Source of the DNA: Antedon mediterranea
Taxonomy: Eukaryota > Animalia > Echinodermata
Length of the DNA stretch: 64,000 nt
Direction of reading: 5' to 3'
Assembly: GCF_964355755.1 (NCBI RefSeq)
Contig: NC_092672.1
Span: forward strand, 28,340,437-28,404,436
In this document: positions 27,501 through 35,692 of the stretch, in pieces
How the letters are laid out: each line of letters starts with the position of its first letter
Position numbering within the stretch: position 1 is the first letter of the stretch
The notes under the pieces: model-generated
Seen by the model: only the letters and a program-made list of their open reading frames with translations
Told to the model about the DNA's origin: nothing
Databases searched by the model: none
Program-made: the position numbers and the translations under genes

Positions 27501-30500
27501 TTGTCTTAAATGTACATTTTATGGTAAATTATGATAAAAAGAGAGAAACAATGCACTACCTAAGTAGCTCACGGTGAATGTCCTCTCGATGGCCGTCTTT
27601 AGGGCTAGCCTAACTAGGCTTAGTTTTGTATAGGCCTAGCTGGTAAACATCGGTAACGTACGAACATCGTACGCTAGCTATAGGCGTAGCCTGACGTTGT
27701 ATAGTTGCTGCATTAATTACCTTTCTGTTTTTGCCAGACCCCATTGATACAAATTGGGGGAAACCCAGTATTTTCGCTGAAAAGTTAGGAGTCTCTCATT
27801 TGTTTTGGCCTTACGATCGAAAAGTGGGTGAATTACAGAAGAAAAACAAAAATATCAATGCATGTTGGGATTTATAACGGGCCGCGAAAATTATTAGAAT
27901 CGCCTTTTTTTTCACATTTTTAACCATTTAAAGACGAAAAAATGTATCTCAATAGAACTACTGTATAAGTATTTATTTTTACATTTAAATGTGGTTTGTG
28001 ACCTTAAATTAGATCTAAGAAACGTAGGGAATGGGACTTTAAGGTTTTTCTACAACTGTATCAAATTTATATGACAAAAAAAGTGTTTGAGCACAACTAG
28101 TTCGAGCTTAAAATTCTTGTTTTTGTTTCAGATTATTGTTGGATTTAGAGGACAGGTTCCAAGAGAACTTCATGATAAGTGATGTTTGTGACATTATTAT
28201 AAAACACGCCACACAGAGAAACTTTGACATGTACGTGACTTACTGTTTGAATAACCAATACCAAGTGAAGACGTTAAAATCACTCAAGTAAGTATTTAAC
28301 ATTAAAACTAATTATACCTAATAATAATATTTGTTATGCGGACATATCCACCCAAGATCTCAAGGCGCTTTTGGAAAACCAAAGGAAACTAATCGGGCCG
28401 TAAACTAGTAAAAAAACTACCAAATCTAGACAAAAACCCACATAACTACATTCCATTTACCAGCAATTTAAGGTGCACAGACTCATGGCTACTAGTAAGA
28501 TAACATGTGAGCATCTAAATACACAAAAAAAAAAGTTTTTATTACATCATATAGTGCAATAATATGCGCCTGTCCCCATCACAAGAAGTAGGAAAGCCCT
28601 CTCTCTATAATAAATTGTATGGGACAGCCTGGAATTGAACATTAACCACTATACTTTAGAGTGTTATACAGTTAATGTTAATCATTTGTACCATATATTT
28701 CTAACTTCAAGGCCATTACGAAATTGCTGCCACATAGATAGTAGTTAAAATTGATTATAGTAAAAGTGTTATATACAGTACAGTAGTACTATGTGTACCT
28801 GTCAACCTTATTTTGATGTCAAGTCACACTGAGCCTTGACCTGAATTCATAACAGACAATCAAATGATAGCTCAGTATTCTATAGATTAATCTGTTTTAT
28901 ATATCCTGGTCCATAAACCCCGTGAAATATCTGAAATGAGACCATTATTGAATTTAATATATTTCTACCTATGGATATTTATTTTATATAATATGACAGA
29001 TTAAGATGTTTTATATATCCTGGTGTGTAAGTCTATTAATATCTGAAATGCGACCCTAATTTAAAATTCTAGTGGAGCTGTAGTTTTATGGTTACCGAAT
29101 GTGCTTGCCTTCCAATCCCAATTTTCAGGGTTCAATCCTGACCTAGTGCCAGGGTTCAACCCTGACCTAGTGCCAGGGTTCAATCCTGACCTAGTGCCAG
29201 GGTTCAATCCTGACCTAGTGCCAGGGTTCAATCCTGACCTAGTGCCAGGGTTCAATCCTGACCTAGTGCCAGGGTTCAATCCTGACCTAGTGCCAGGGTT
29301 CAATCCTGACCTAGTGCCAGGGTTCAATCCTGACCTAGTTCCAGGGTTCAATCCTGACCTAGTGCCAGGGTTCAATCCTGACCTAGTGCCAGGGTTCAAT
29401 CCTGACCTAGTGCCAGGGTTCAATCCTGACCTAGTGCCAGGGTTCAATCCTGACCTAGTGCCAGGGTTCAATCCTGACCTAGTGCCAGGGTTCAATCCTG
29501 ACCTAGTGCCAGGGTTCAATCCTGACCTAGTGCCAGGGTTCAATCCTGACCTAGTGCCAGGGTTCAATCCTGACCTAGTGCCAGGGTTCAATCCTGACCT
29601 AGTGCCAGGGTTCAATCCTGACCTAGTGCCAGGGTTCAATCCTGACCTAATGCCAGGGTTCAATCCTGACCTAATGCCAGGGTTCAATCCTGACCTAGTG
29701 CCAGGGTTCAATCCTGACCTAGTGCCAGGGTTCAATCCTGACCTAGTGCCAGGGTTCAATCCTGACCTAGTGCCAGGGTTCAATCCTGACCTAGTGCCAG
29801 GGTTCAATCCTGACCTAGTGCCAGGGTTCAATCCTGACCTAGTGCCAGGGTTGTAACTCACAATGAATTATACAATAGTTTATTCATCTTGTAATTGGCA
29901 GGTTGCTCGCTGTTGGATGCGAATGTAATAAGTAAAAAATGTATACACCTATAGGAAGTTTGATTATATAACTATACCAGTTGTTATGAGTTGACAATAT
30001 TAAACTAATGACGAAATATAAGGAGGAATACCTATTTCACATATACAACACAATTTATGTACCATATATCCTCTGGTATAATACCACCAACCCCCACAAA
30101 AACCACCCCCCCCCCCCTCTCCGCTCAAACCTTATCATGAAATTAGGCAGACTTTTAGGGGGTGGACCCTGGAACAACCCTGGTTCAGGAAAAAAATGGT
30201 TGGTGATCATCAAGTCATCCTCATCTCAACTGGCAATAGAAATCTAAATCCAGACAAAAAGTCAACTGCGACTACAATACAGGATATGCCTGTGTGAAAT
30301 CAGACATAGAGTAGGGGGTGGGATTAAACCAGAAATGGGATTATACAAATATACAGTAGTAGGAATGGTCTGACATGATTGAGTTTATTAGTTATTACAA
30401 GAGCTTTTTCTATATATAGGCTGAACGGTGGAGTAATAATAAAATAGTGAAATATGAAACTAATAATATGTAATCAATTACTTTTCAGAGAGAATCCAAC

Positions 30501-33500
30501 ATTTGTGACAGAACTTGGCATTCTAGAGAGAAGTAAAGAGTGTGGGGGAAACAACCTTCAATCTTTCATTATGTTGCCATTCCAGAGAATAACCAGACTC
30601 CCTCTGTTGATTGATGTAAGTAAATTGTTGTGTTATGTTTTCTACTCTATATATGTAAACTGCTATCTGCATCCGAGACATGGACATTCTACCAAAAGAT
30701 ACAGAGGGATATCAGCTTACTCGCTCCATGGTTGTAGTGGAAGAGCGAGTCTCCTCAGATAAGTACTAAATAATTGTGTGCACTTTAAAAGAACTACGAA
30801 GTACGTCTTTAGTGGACAGATGAGAGAGCGCTTTAATTGGCAGCACTGACATGGCAATGATTGTTGGAATGGTGCTATACAAATCGCTCATCATTATCAT
30901 TATTGTATATCTGGACACCTAACAATTTCACAGTGTAGTGCGCTGTAGCTTGGTGGTTAACATGCTTGCCTTCCAATTACAAGGTCCAGGGTTCAATCCT
31001 GACCTAGTGCCAGGGTTGTACCTCATGACTCTTTCAACTCCATTCCCTAAGCCTAAAACGAGACTTAGTTTATAAGCACGATTAATTAAAAAATACTTTA
31101 TTTATCCCGTAATTGGCAAGTTACTCGCTGTTGGATGTGTATAACTTAGTTGGAAATATATACTAAATTTTTCTATTTCAGGCTATAATAGCACGACTGG
31201 AACCTGATTCGGAAAAGATAGGCACAGCCATGGAAGCACTCAACCTCGTAAAGAAGGTACAGTTTTTAAAAAATATAATTAGTTTCTGAAATCATATAAA
31301 TCAATAGTTAGGCCAACAATAGTAAAACGTCAGTCTATAATGACTAGGACCTACTTGAGTTGTTTTACTGTGGATTGCCCTCAGCATGGCTAAACCACTC
31401 TCTGCTGCTTAATCTCTTAAATTAATTCACAATCTCCATTAATAATAGTCATTAATTGTTAATATTTTTCTATTTAGGTTGCAATTAAATGCAATGAAGA
31501 GGCCAGGCGAATGGAAGGAATAGAGGAAATAACTAAACTTGCACACAAATTAGACTACAAACCAAACATCAAGGTAATCACGTTTGCTTATTCCCAAGAT
31601 TAAAAGCTAGTATAGCTCAGACATATTCTTTTTTATTAACACCAAGAGCATCCTGTTTGCAATCTTGGTACAAGGTTGGGGCAGTGGTAGAAGGGGGTGA
31701 GGAATGGAAAAACCAAATTGGTTCTGTTGACAGTAAGTTTGTTGCTTCATACATAAGTTATGGGCTTGCATTAAAAAATGAGTGGAGCCATCCCCTTGCC
31801 CACTAAAAAATGTTGGAGGGGGAGGGGACAAAATTTGTTTACATTTGAACAATGGGATAAAGAGAAAGTAACATTTCTCAACATTACAATCTTCAAGAAC
31901 TGAGATACAGAGCGAATTTTTAAAGCATAAATTCCAATCATTCAAATTGGTTTCTATGATTCATCTGTCACCCGCCTCCATTAACAATCCCAGTATTACC
32001 AAACACCAAAATAAACTAGGCAACAGTTGGCTGTAAATAATAACTTTATATCCATTCCAAAATTGGTTTATACCGCCTGCCCCACTCCCCTTCCCTGAAC
32101 ACCCACACTCCAACAACTTTACGTACCAGTTGGCTATGTATCAATTCATAAAGAAATTAGTCAAATTAAAGCCCCATTCCCTACGTTTTTTAGATCTAAT
32201 TTAAGATCACAAACTATATTTAATGTAAAAATAATACTATATGGTCCTATTGTGATAACTTTTTTCGTCTTTAAACGGTTAAAAATGTGAAAAATAAGTC
32301 GATTCTAATAATTATAGCGGCCCGCTATAAATCCCAAAATGCATTGCGCGCGGATTGATATTTTTGTTTTTCACCTGTAATTCGCCCACTTTTCGATCGA
32401 TCGTGAGGCCAAAACAAATGGAAGACTCCTAACTTTTCAGCGAAAATACCGGGTTTTCCCCAATTTGTATCAACGGAGTCTGGCAAAAATAGAAAGACAA
32501 TTAATGCAGCAACTATACAACGTCAGGCTAGGTATATAGCTCGCGTACGATGTTCGTACGTTACCGATGTTTACCAGCTAGGCCTACAAAACTAAGCCTA
32601 GCTAGGCTAGGCCTACAAAACTAAGCCTAGCTAGGCTAGGCCTAAGACCGTCCACGAGAGGTCGATCGCCGCGAGCTACTTAGGTAGTGCATTGTTTCTC
32701 ACTTTTTATCATAATTTACCATAAAACGTACATTTAAGACAAGGAATGACATGGTTTAATGTTTTTAAAGTGATATATATGTATTATTTTCCAAAAAACG
32801 TCCAAAATTGCAGGGAAGGGGTCTTTAAATATTGACCCTTCTGTTTAATCACCTGAAAGTAATCTTTTAATTGACTTGATTAAATTGTTGATAATCTAAT
32901 TAGAGGCTGAAATAAAATACACTCTATGACTAATTGTTGTGTTGGGACTGCAAAGAATTTTAATACAGTTGATTTTTTTCAGATGAAAATGTTAGTGCTA
33001 GGCTAGGCCAACAGTGCAATAGGCTAGGTCACTAGTGCAATAGGCTAGTGCAATAGTGCAATAGGCTAGGCTAATAGTGCAAGGCTAGTTACGATGATAC
33101 CCTTACAGCACTTTTGACATTTTTTTGCAGTAGAATTGCTACAAGGATATTTTTGCAGAAAATCCACATGATAGGAAATAGAGAGATATAGAGATATTAA
33201 AAAAAAACGAAACAATTCTCAATGTTAAAATTTAAGACAGGCCATTATTTAAGACAAAACTGTTTTCAATTCATTCCACATTTATTCAGTTAAAAATAGG
33301 GACCCTCATTAGAAGATAGATACAGATAGATACAGACATATGATGAAATGAAAATGTAAAACAACAATAAAAAAAATACAATATTAACATCTTAAAATGA
33401 TTATTATTAAGTATTTAGATGGATAATAAGTAAGGACCCTGTTTTTATTTTTTATAGGGTGTGTAGTGTTACTAATTATAAATAGGCAGATCATTCCATA

Positions 33501-35692
33501 TTTTCACAGTACATTTCACATTGGTTTATACCCCTATAGTATCATACTGCACAGATTTTAAACAACTTGGTCTAGGTTGAATATGGGTATAAACAGTATA
33601 TCTAATATCGCAAGTGCAGATTTTTCCAAAAGCATGTGACCATGATCTCATACTAATTAAGGTTCTCTCTTGCAGTTTCATTTTCATTTATTTACGTCAG
33701 CACTTTGCCATATTACTGATTTTCTCACACGCTAAGTCTAAATTTGAAATAACAACCCAGCACCTTTTTGTTTAAATAGGCCATCAAGATATCTGATAAA
33801 TTACTGATTGTGAAGAGGGGCGACCTTCAATGGTTCTCTCATGACACTTCCCGATTCAACAAGAAAAAAGTTGTCTCAAAACAAATACACGTTCTTGTAT
33901 TTGCCGACAAAGTTGTCTTGACGAAGAGAAAGATTAAAAATGACCGTGAAGTGTTCGAAGTGTTTGACTGGTGTCCGAGGAATTTAGTCGATGTCAAATC
34001 AGTCGAGCTGAAATATGATACGTTGGTAGAAGATTACAAAAACGTTATGATGGTCGTGTTCCTTCAGAATCACGAGAAGAAAGAGAAGAAGTATTTTATA
34101 AATACATCAAGCGAGTAAGTAGTGTTTTTGTGAGATAAAATGAGATATATTATGACACGTAGGTGAATCTCGGTCTTTCATCTACTAAATTTAAAAATTA
34201 CAATTCAAAAGAAGGACATTGGGTTAAGTTCAGCACTTAATTTCACAATTTTTAGGCCCTGCCCCAAACCCCTTATTTCAAAATCATGAATTCACCACTG
34301 TGACCACAATTTGATTGGTTGATTTTGATTTTGTATCACATGCCTTTACACTACAGTGTATTTTTGTACCACCTCACAATCAAACATTTAGCTTTTAGAG
34401 TTTTTTGTGACGAGCTAGGCTGGTATATAATATCTTTTTGGCTTATTTTTTTAAACAGCGCTAACTTCCAGAGATGGTCAGATGCCCTCGCTCCGCCAAA
34501 CCGCAGTGACCAAGGGGAAAGCATTTATGAATCATGGGGTAAGTGCCTTTATTTCCTTCAATTCACAGAATCAAATTTTATGTTACCCATCTCTCACAAA
34601 CAGTCACACTTGAGCTGGCCAAAAATGTCTATGGAAATTTCAGGCAATATTTCAAGAAGGTTGTCTGAAGTCATATTTTATCAACAAAACCAATGAATCG
34701 GAAAAACAAAAAAAGATTAATATTATTCATAGAATTGCCTCTCTTTAGAACAATAAACATACCACCACAGGTTCCATTTGCATAAACAAGCATCTATCTG
34801 ATCCCGAAACAGCTCCAGAAACTTATTTTACTAATAGTAAATTAATCACTGTCCTCAGATAGGTGGTAATCCAGGAGCTATTTTGTAAACCAATTCACCG
34901 GGGTAACTCCCTACTTGTCTCAAATGATGAACTTGGTTCTTTAAAGTACACACAGGTTATAACTGTGTACACTGGACCTATGGTTTATAGTCCTAAGATT
35001 GATCGATATTGGCTTTTTAATACGGTAAACGGCGCTCCTGCCATTTGACTCACCAGTTAACATGTTTAATTATTTTATTTTATAGACTGCCCTCAAGTGA
35101 TGTGTACACAAGCATATAATGCTCAAGAACCTGATGAATTGAGTATGGAAGAATCGGATATAATTGATGTTTTACGAAAAACAGAAGGTACAATTAAATC
35201 TTTTATTGCATGAAAATAATTTAGTAGAGTAAAGTTTTAAACTCCATTTTTGTTATGGCCGACGTCTGTCACAAACCACCATGGCAATTAGTCTTGCATT
35301 CATCTGAATATTGGATGAAACTAAGCCAGAACTGTTTAAAGCACCCCGGTTGGTCATATCATTGATCAAGGGCTTCTCTTGTCCATTGCCCACCTTGAAT
35401 AGAGGAAATCAATATGTCTGAGGCACACACTAGAGGCAGGGTATACAGTTCAAATCCTGTCGAGGGAAAATAATATTTATATGAATAATTTTATACAAAT
35501 ACGCTTTTCTACTTAGGTTGGTGGGAAGGCATGCGAGTAAGAGACAGTGCAAAGGGTTGGTTCCCTGCCAACCAAGTTCAAGAAATTGTCAATGATCATG
35601 TTCGAGCGCGCAATCTGAAACATCGTTATAAAGTGCTATCAGTCTGTCAGGAACAGCTGCAAAAATTACAAATGCAAGGGAAGGAGGTATAG
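462..35692 (+). CDS. ARHGEF26: Ephexin/SGEF-family Rho guanine nucleotide exchange factor (ARHGEF26/ARHGEF16-like), multi-exon gene span; 5' end probably lies upstream of the window
   Basis: Exons join with consistent splice phases. From ATG 8323 to TAG 35690-35692 the joined CDS is 6132 nt (2043 aa). Ephexin hallmarks: EPLFQAY, LWCEVPEV..SG, DH (LQEAMFEVITSEASYLRSL...FIMLPFQRITRLPLL), PH, then SH3 (DCPQV..AYNAQEPDEL...GWWEG...GWFP) followed by RARNL. The symbol marks the family; exact vertebrate orthology is not resolved. Confidence 0.9.
611..779. mobile_element. Non-autonomous MITE (Harbinger-like, agctc termini)
   Basis: Imperfect TIRs aaagctctgtctgcactatc / gatagtgtagacagaaagct. A related copy lies at 20469-20660. 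Confidence 0.65.
2737..2820 (+). mobile_element. Helentron/HINE-like 5' fragment
   Basis: T-run, then agtcgcgt..acgcgact hairpin, then a (GTCG/GTCT)n microsatellite. This is the DINE-1/HINE layout. Confidence 0.45.
3114..3267. repeat. Near-perfect 154-bp palindrome (foldback)
   Basis: catctggtttcaatggatattaaat... matches ...atttaatatccattgaaaccagatg; the centre is built of aagtactt units. Confidence 0.9.
3385..3577 (+). mobile_element. tRNA-derived SINE copy, 5'-truncated, A-tailed
   Basis: B-box-like agttcaagccc. The core acaactccactcccaaagactt..taagactttgtttatgtagagcatcttgtgtat is shared with 25350-25570. Confidence 0.6.
4556..4598 (+). mobile_element. Helitron/Helentron-like 3' end
   Basis: ctagagggggagcgagcgaagcgagctcaccctctagtt forms a hairpin ending in CTAGT. 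Confidence 0.4.
5630..6909 (-). pseudogene. C-terminal part of Sola2 transposase, split by a SINE
   Basis: ORFs 6496-6909 and 5630-6208. The frame is restored when 6211-6548 is removed. The N-terminus is missing. Confidence 0.85.
6211..6548 (+). mobile_element. tRNA-derived SINE (Meta/MESC-core-like)
   Basis: A-box tggccgagcgg, B-box ggttcgaggcc, 9-bp stem gagcgagtc/gactcgctc, core ggataaggac..ttaaag..aaaagagtagggg, A-rich tail. Family name is recalled from memory, not searched. Confidence 0.8.
8315..10174 (+). CDS. RhoGEF large disordered exon, Pro/Ser/Lys-rich with acidic YxN cluster
   Basis: 626-aa ORF 8323-10203. Acceptor tttctcag at 8313-8314 and donor G|gtaatt at 10175. Phase matches the exon at 10879. 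Confidence 0.8.
10879..10921 (+). CDS. RhoGEF small exon (EVVLDVSNSKSISN)
   Basis: ctctttcag acceptor and gtaagt donor. Phase 1 in and phase 2 out, so it bridges 10174 and 17078. Confidence 0.7.
11558..11751. mobile_element. MITE (Harbinger-like) nested in a degraded Tc1-like MITE
   Basis: TIR aagcttggttcccactag / ctagtgggaaccacgctt with TA/TWA flanks. A related internal fragment lies near 63691-63780. Confidence 0.7.
11818..12001 (+). mobile_element. Helentron/HINE-like non-autonomous element
   Basis: ggttatg plus (TGTT)n microsatellite, ttagcaggatta, and 3' gcgctctgtgagtgc..ctggtt. Confidence 0.4.
12858..13045. mobile_element. hAT-type MITE
   Basis: TIR cagtggcgtaacg / cgttacgccactc with a perfect 8-bp TSD CTTATTCT (12850-12857, 13046-13053). 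Confidence 0.85.
13960..14330. repeat. Degenerate tandem repeat, ~3 copies of ~100-145 bp
   Basis: Recurrent tatgcaa(g/a)ttt.aa..aaa.tgtct motif near 14030, 14127 and 14267. Confidence 0.5.
15611..15940. repeat. Degenerate direct repeat, ~150-170 bp unit, ~2.5 copies
   Basis: ttctattgagatttgtgtttt..catcagtattgt and tttctatcctaaaatcaa each recur. Confidence 0.6.
17078..17228 (+). CDS. RhoGEF exon (KYRRFSCRQ...NNEYE)
   Basis: tgtttag acceptor and gtgagc donor; open frame; phase 2 in, phase 0 out. Confidence 0.75.
17662..19738 (+). CDS. RhoGEF second large disordered exon (Ser/Asp/Arg-rich, YDxI/YEDx motifs, PxxP)
   Basis: Contains the 650-aa ORF 17791-19743, extended in frame to the ttctag acceptor at 17660-17661. 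Donor at 19739. Confidence 0.85.
20469..20690. mobile_element. Rearranged copy of the 611-779 MITE with extended inverted repeat
   Basis: Same core (aatatggtagtgatatgacatcatcatgtccatatatgggcac). The inverted repeat extends over 20491-20690. Confidence 0.7.
21197..21499. mobile_element. piggyBac-like MITE
   Basis: TTAA on both sides; TIR cacattgactgcca / tggcagtgaacgtg. Confidence 0.75.
21510..22045. repeat. Three tandem ~165-185-bp units derived from a Kolobok-like element end
   Basis: Each unit has ttttgtaaaaata..catatatactttaa..attaaaccat..ttaaatgtatgtttta and gaaaagtgtctttaa. The same sequence is found at the ends of 26270-28038 and 32170-32824. Confidence 0.75.
22303..22369 (+). CDS. 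RhoGEF exon (EESVESAIYLSAELDDEEAAKS)
   Basis: tcatag acceptor and gtaaaa donor; phase 1 in, phase 2 out. Confidence 0.75.
23377..23575 (+). CDS. RhoGEF exon (RSSKIYRRLSMES...PPPVPPRTP...NSK); acceptor may be 23377 or 23395
   Basis: Two phase-2 AG acceptors lie inside ORF 23213-23602. Donor gtaagg at 23576 is phase 0. Confidence 0.7.
24250..24340 (+). CDS. RhoGEF exon (THSAGAV...RRQSRFVRK)
   Basis: tttttag acceptor and gtgggt donor. Joining to the next exon creates the conserved EPLFQAY motif. Confidence 0.8.
24517..24851 (+). CDS. RhoGEF exon, pre-DH region and start of DH (LWCEVPEV...KLQE)
   Basis: ORF 24522-24869; ttttag acceptor, gtaggt donor; ephexin motif. Confidence 0.9.
25350..25570 (-). 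mobile_element. tRNA-derived SINE
   Basis: The reverse complement reads agtggagctgtggcttggtggtta...gggttcaaatcct (A and B boxes), followed by the shared core. Confidence 0.7.
25682..25848. mobile_element. Degraded Tc1/mariner-like MITE
   Basis: TA-cagtagaacctctatttaaggg start with gtccccttaatag inverted subrepeats; right TIR is degraded. Confidence 0.45.
25871..26040 (+). CDS. RhoGEF DH exon (AMFEVITSEASYLRSL...LFSNL)
   Basis: DH conserved region 1 motif; canonical splice sites. Confidence 0.92.
26321..27467 (+). mobile_element. 5'-truncated L2/Crack/CR1-group LINE
   Basis: ORF2 C-terminal remnant (YKSIIAPRFDYC...LQVLQNRAAKII...APSYL...WNNL...FK), AATAAA plus (TTA)n tail, candidate TSD TATTACT. 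Confidence 0.8.
26730..27030 (+). mobile_element. Second retroposon 3' tail inserted in the LINE ORF2
   Basis: Interrupts ORF2 between YRSAK and WNNL; ends in aataaa plus (TTGAA)n. Confidence 0.55.
28132..28287 (+). CDS. RhoGEF DH exon (LLLDLEDRFQEN...YVTYCLNNQYQ)
   Basis: DH motif; tttcag acceptor and gtaagt donor; phase 2 in and out. Confidence 0.92.
29071..29935 (+). mobile_element. tRNA-Gly(TCC)-derived SINE with expanded B-box
   Basis: The head agtggagctgtag..gcttgccttccaa and tail gtaattggcaggttgctcgctgttggatg match the unexpanded copy at 30936-31145. Confidence 0.8.
29126..29852 (+). repeat. Minisatellite, 30 x 24 bp (ccagggttcaatcctgacctagtg)
   Basis: Near-perfect tandem units with no spacers and only a few substitutions. 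Confidence 0.97.
30489..30615 (+). CDS. RhoGEF DH exon (LQSFIMLPFQRITRLPLLID)
   Basis: DH conserved region 3 motif; canonical splice sites. Confidence 0.93.
30936..31145 (+). mobile_element. tRNA-Gly(TCC)-derived SINE, unexpanded copy
   Basis: A-box tagcttggtgg, anticodon arm gccttccaa, B-box ggttcaatcc, and a single repeat unit. Confidence 0.8.
31182..31256 (+). CDS. RhoGEF DH exon (AIIARLEP...LVKK)
   Basis: 75-nt phase-0 exon with canonical sites. Confidence 0.88.
31478..31573 (+). CDS. RhoGEF DH end / linker exon (CNEEARRME)
   Basis: Ephexin CNExARxME motif; canonical sites. Confidence 0.9.
32170..32824 (+). mobile_element. Kolobok-like non-autonomous DNA transposon, intact ~655 bp
   Basis: TTAA TSD on both sides, AG...CT termini, imperfect TIR agccccattccctac / gcagggaaggggtct, internal 30-bp duplication. 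Confidence 0.8.
32990..33090. repeat. Short degenerate minisatellite (agtgcaataggcta)
   Basis: About 5-6 imperfect tandem units. Confidence 0.6.
33780..34114 (+). CDS. RhoGEF PH-domain exon
   Basis: ORF 33810-34118 (VKRGDL...HVLVFADKVVLTK...VFDWCPRNLV...LQNHE); aaatag acceptor, gtaagt donor. Confidence 0.92.
34459..34538 (+). CDS. RhoGEF PH end exon (RWSDAL...ESIYESW)
   Basis: PH terminal W helix plus the ephexin IYExWDCP linker; canonical sites. Confidence 0.9.
34833..35053 (-). mobile_element. Degraded copy of the 6211-6548 SINE
   Basis: Reverse-complement similarity over ~200 bp (tcaccggggtaac, ttataactgtgtacactggac, tacggtaaacggcgc). Confidence 0.8.
35086..35187 (+). CDS. RhoGEF SH3 exon 1 (DCPQVMCTQAYNAQEPDELS)
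   Basis: SH3 RT-loop motif; canonical sites. Confidence 0.92.
35517..35692 (+). CDS. RhoGEF SH3 exon 2 / terminal exon (GWWEG..GWFP..RARNL..GKEV*)
   Basis: SH3 WW and GxFP motifs; stop TAG at 35690-35692. Confidence 0.9.

Larger units (their letters stand above)
26270..28038 (-). mobile_element. Kolobok-like non-autonomous element interrupted by a LINE
   Basis: TTAA flanks; termini agacccattccctac / gtagggaatgggact; inverted homologue of 32170-32824. Confidence 0.8.

Noticed and set aside
29126-29852. CRISPR array
   Set aside because: Units are contiguous with no unique spacers, there are no cas genes, the context is a eukaryotic intron, and the unit derives from a SINE B-box.
29061-29861. 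Repeat proteins (NPGTRSGL)n and (GFNPDLVP)n
   Set aside because: Stop-free frames are a by-product of a 24-bp tandem unit inside an intronic SINE.
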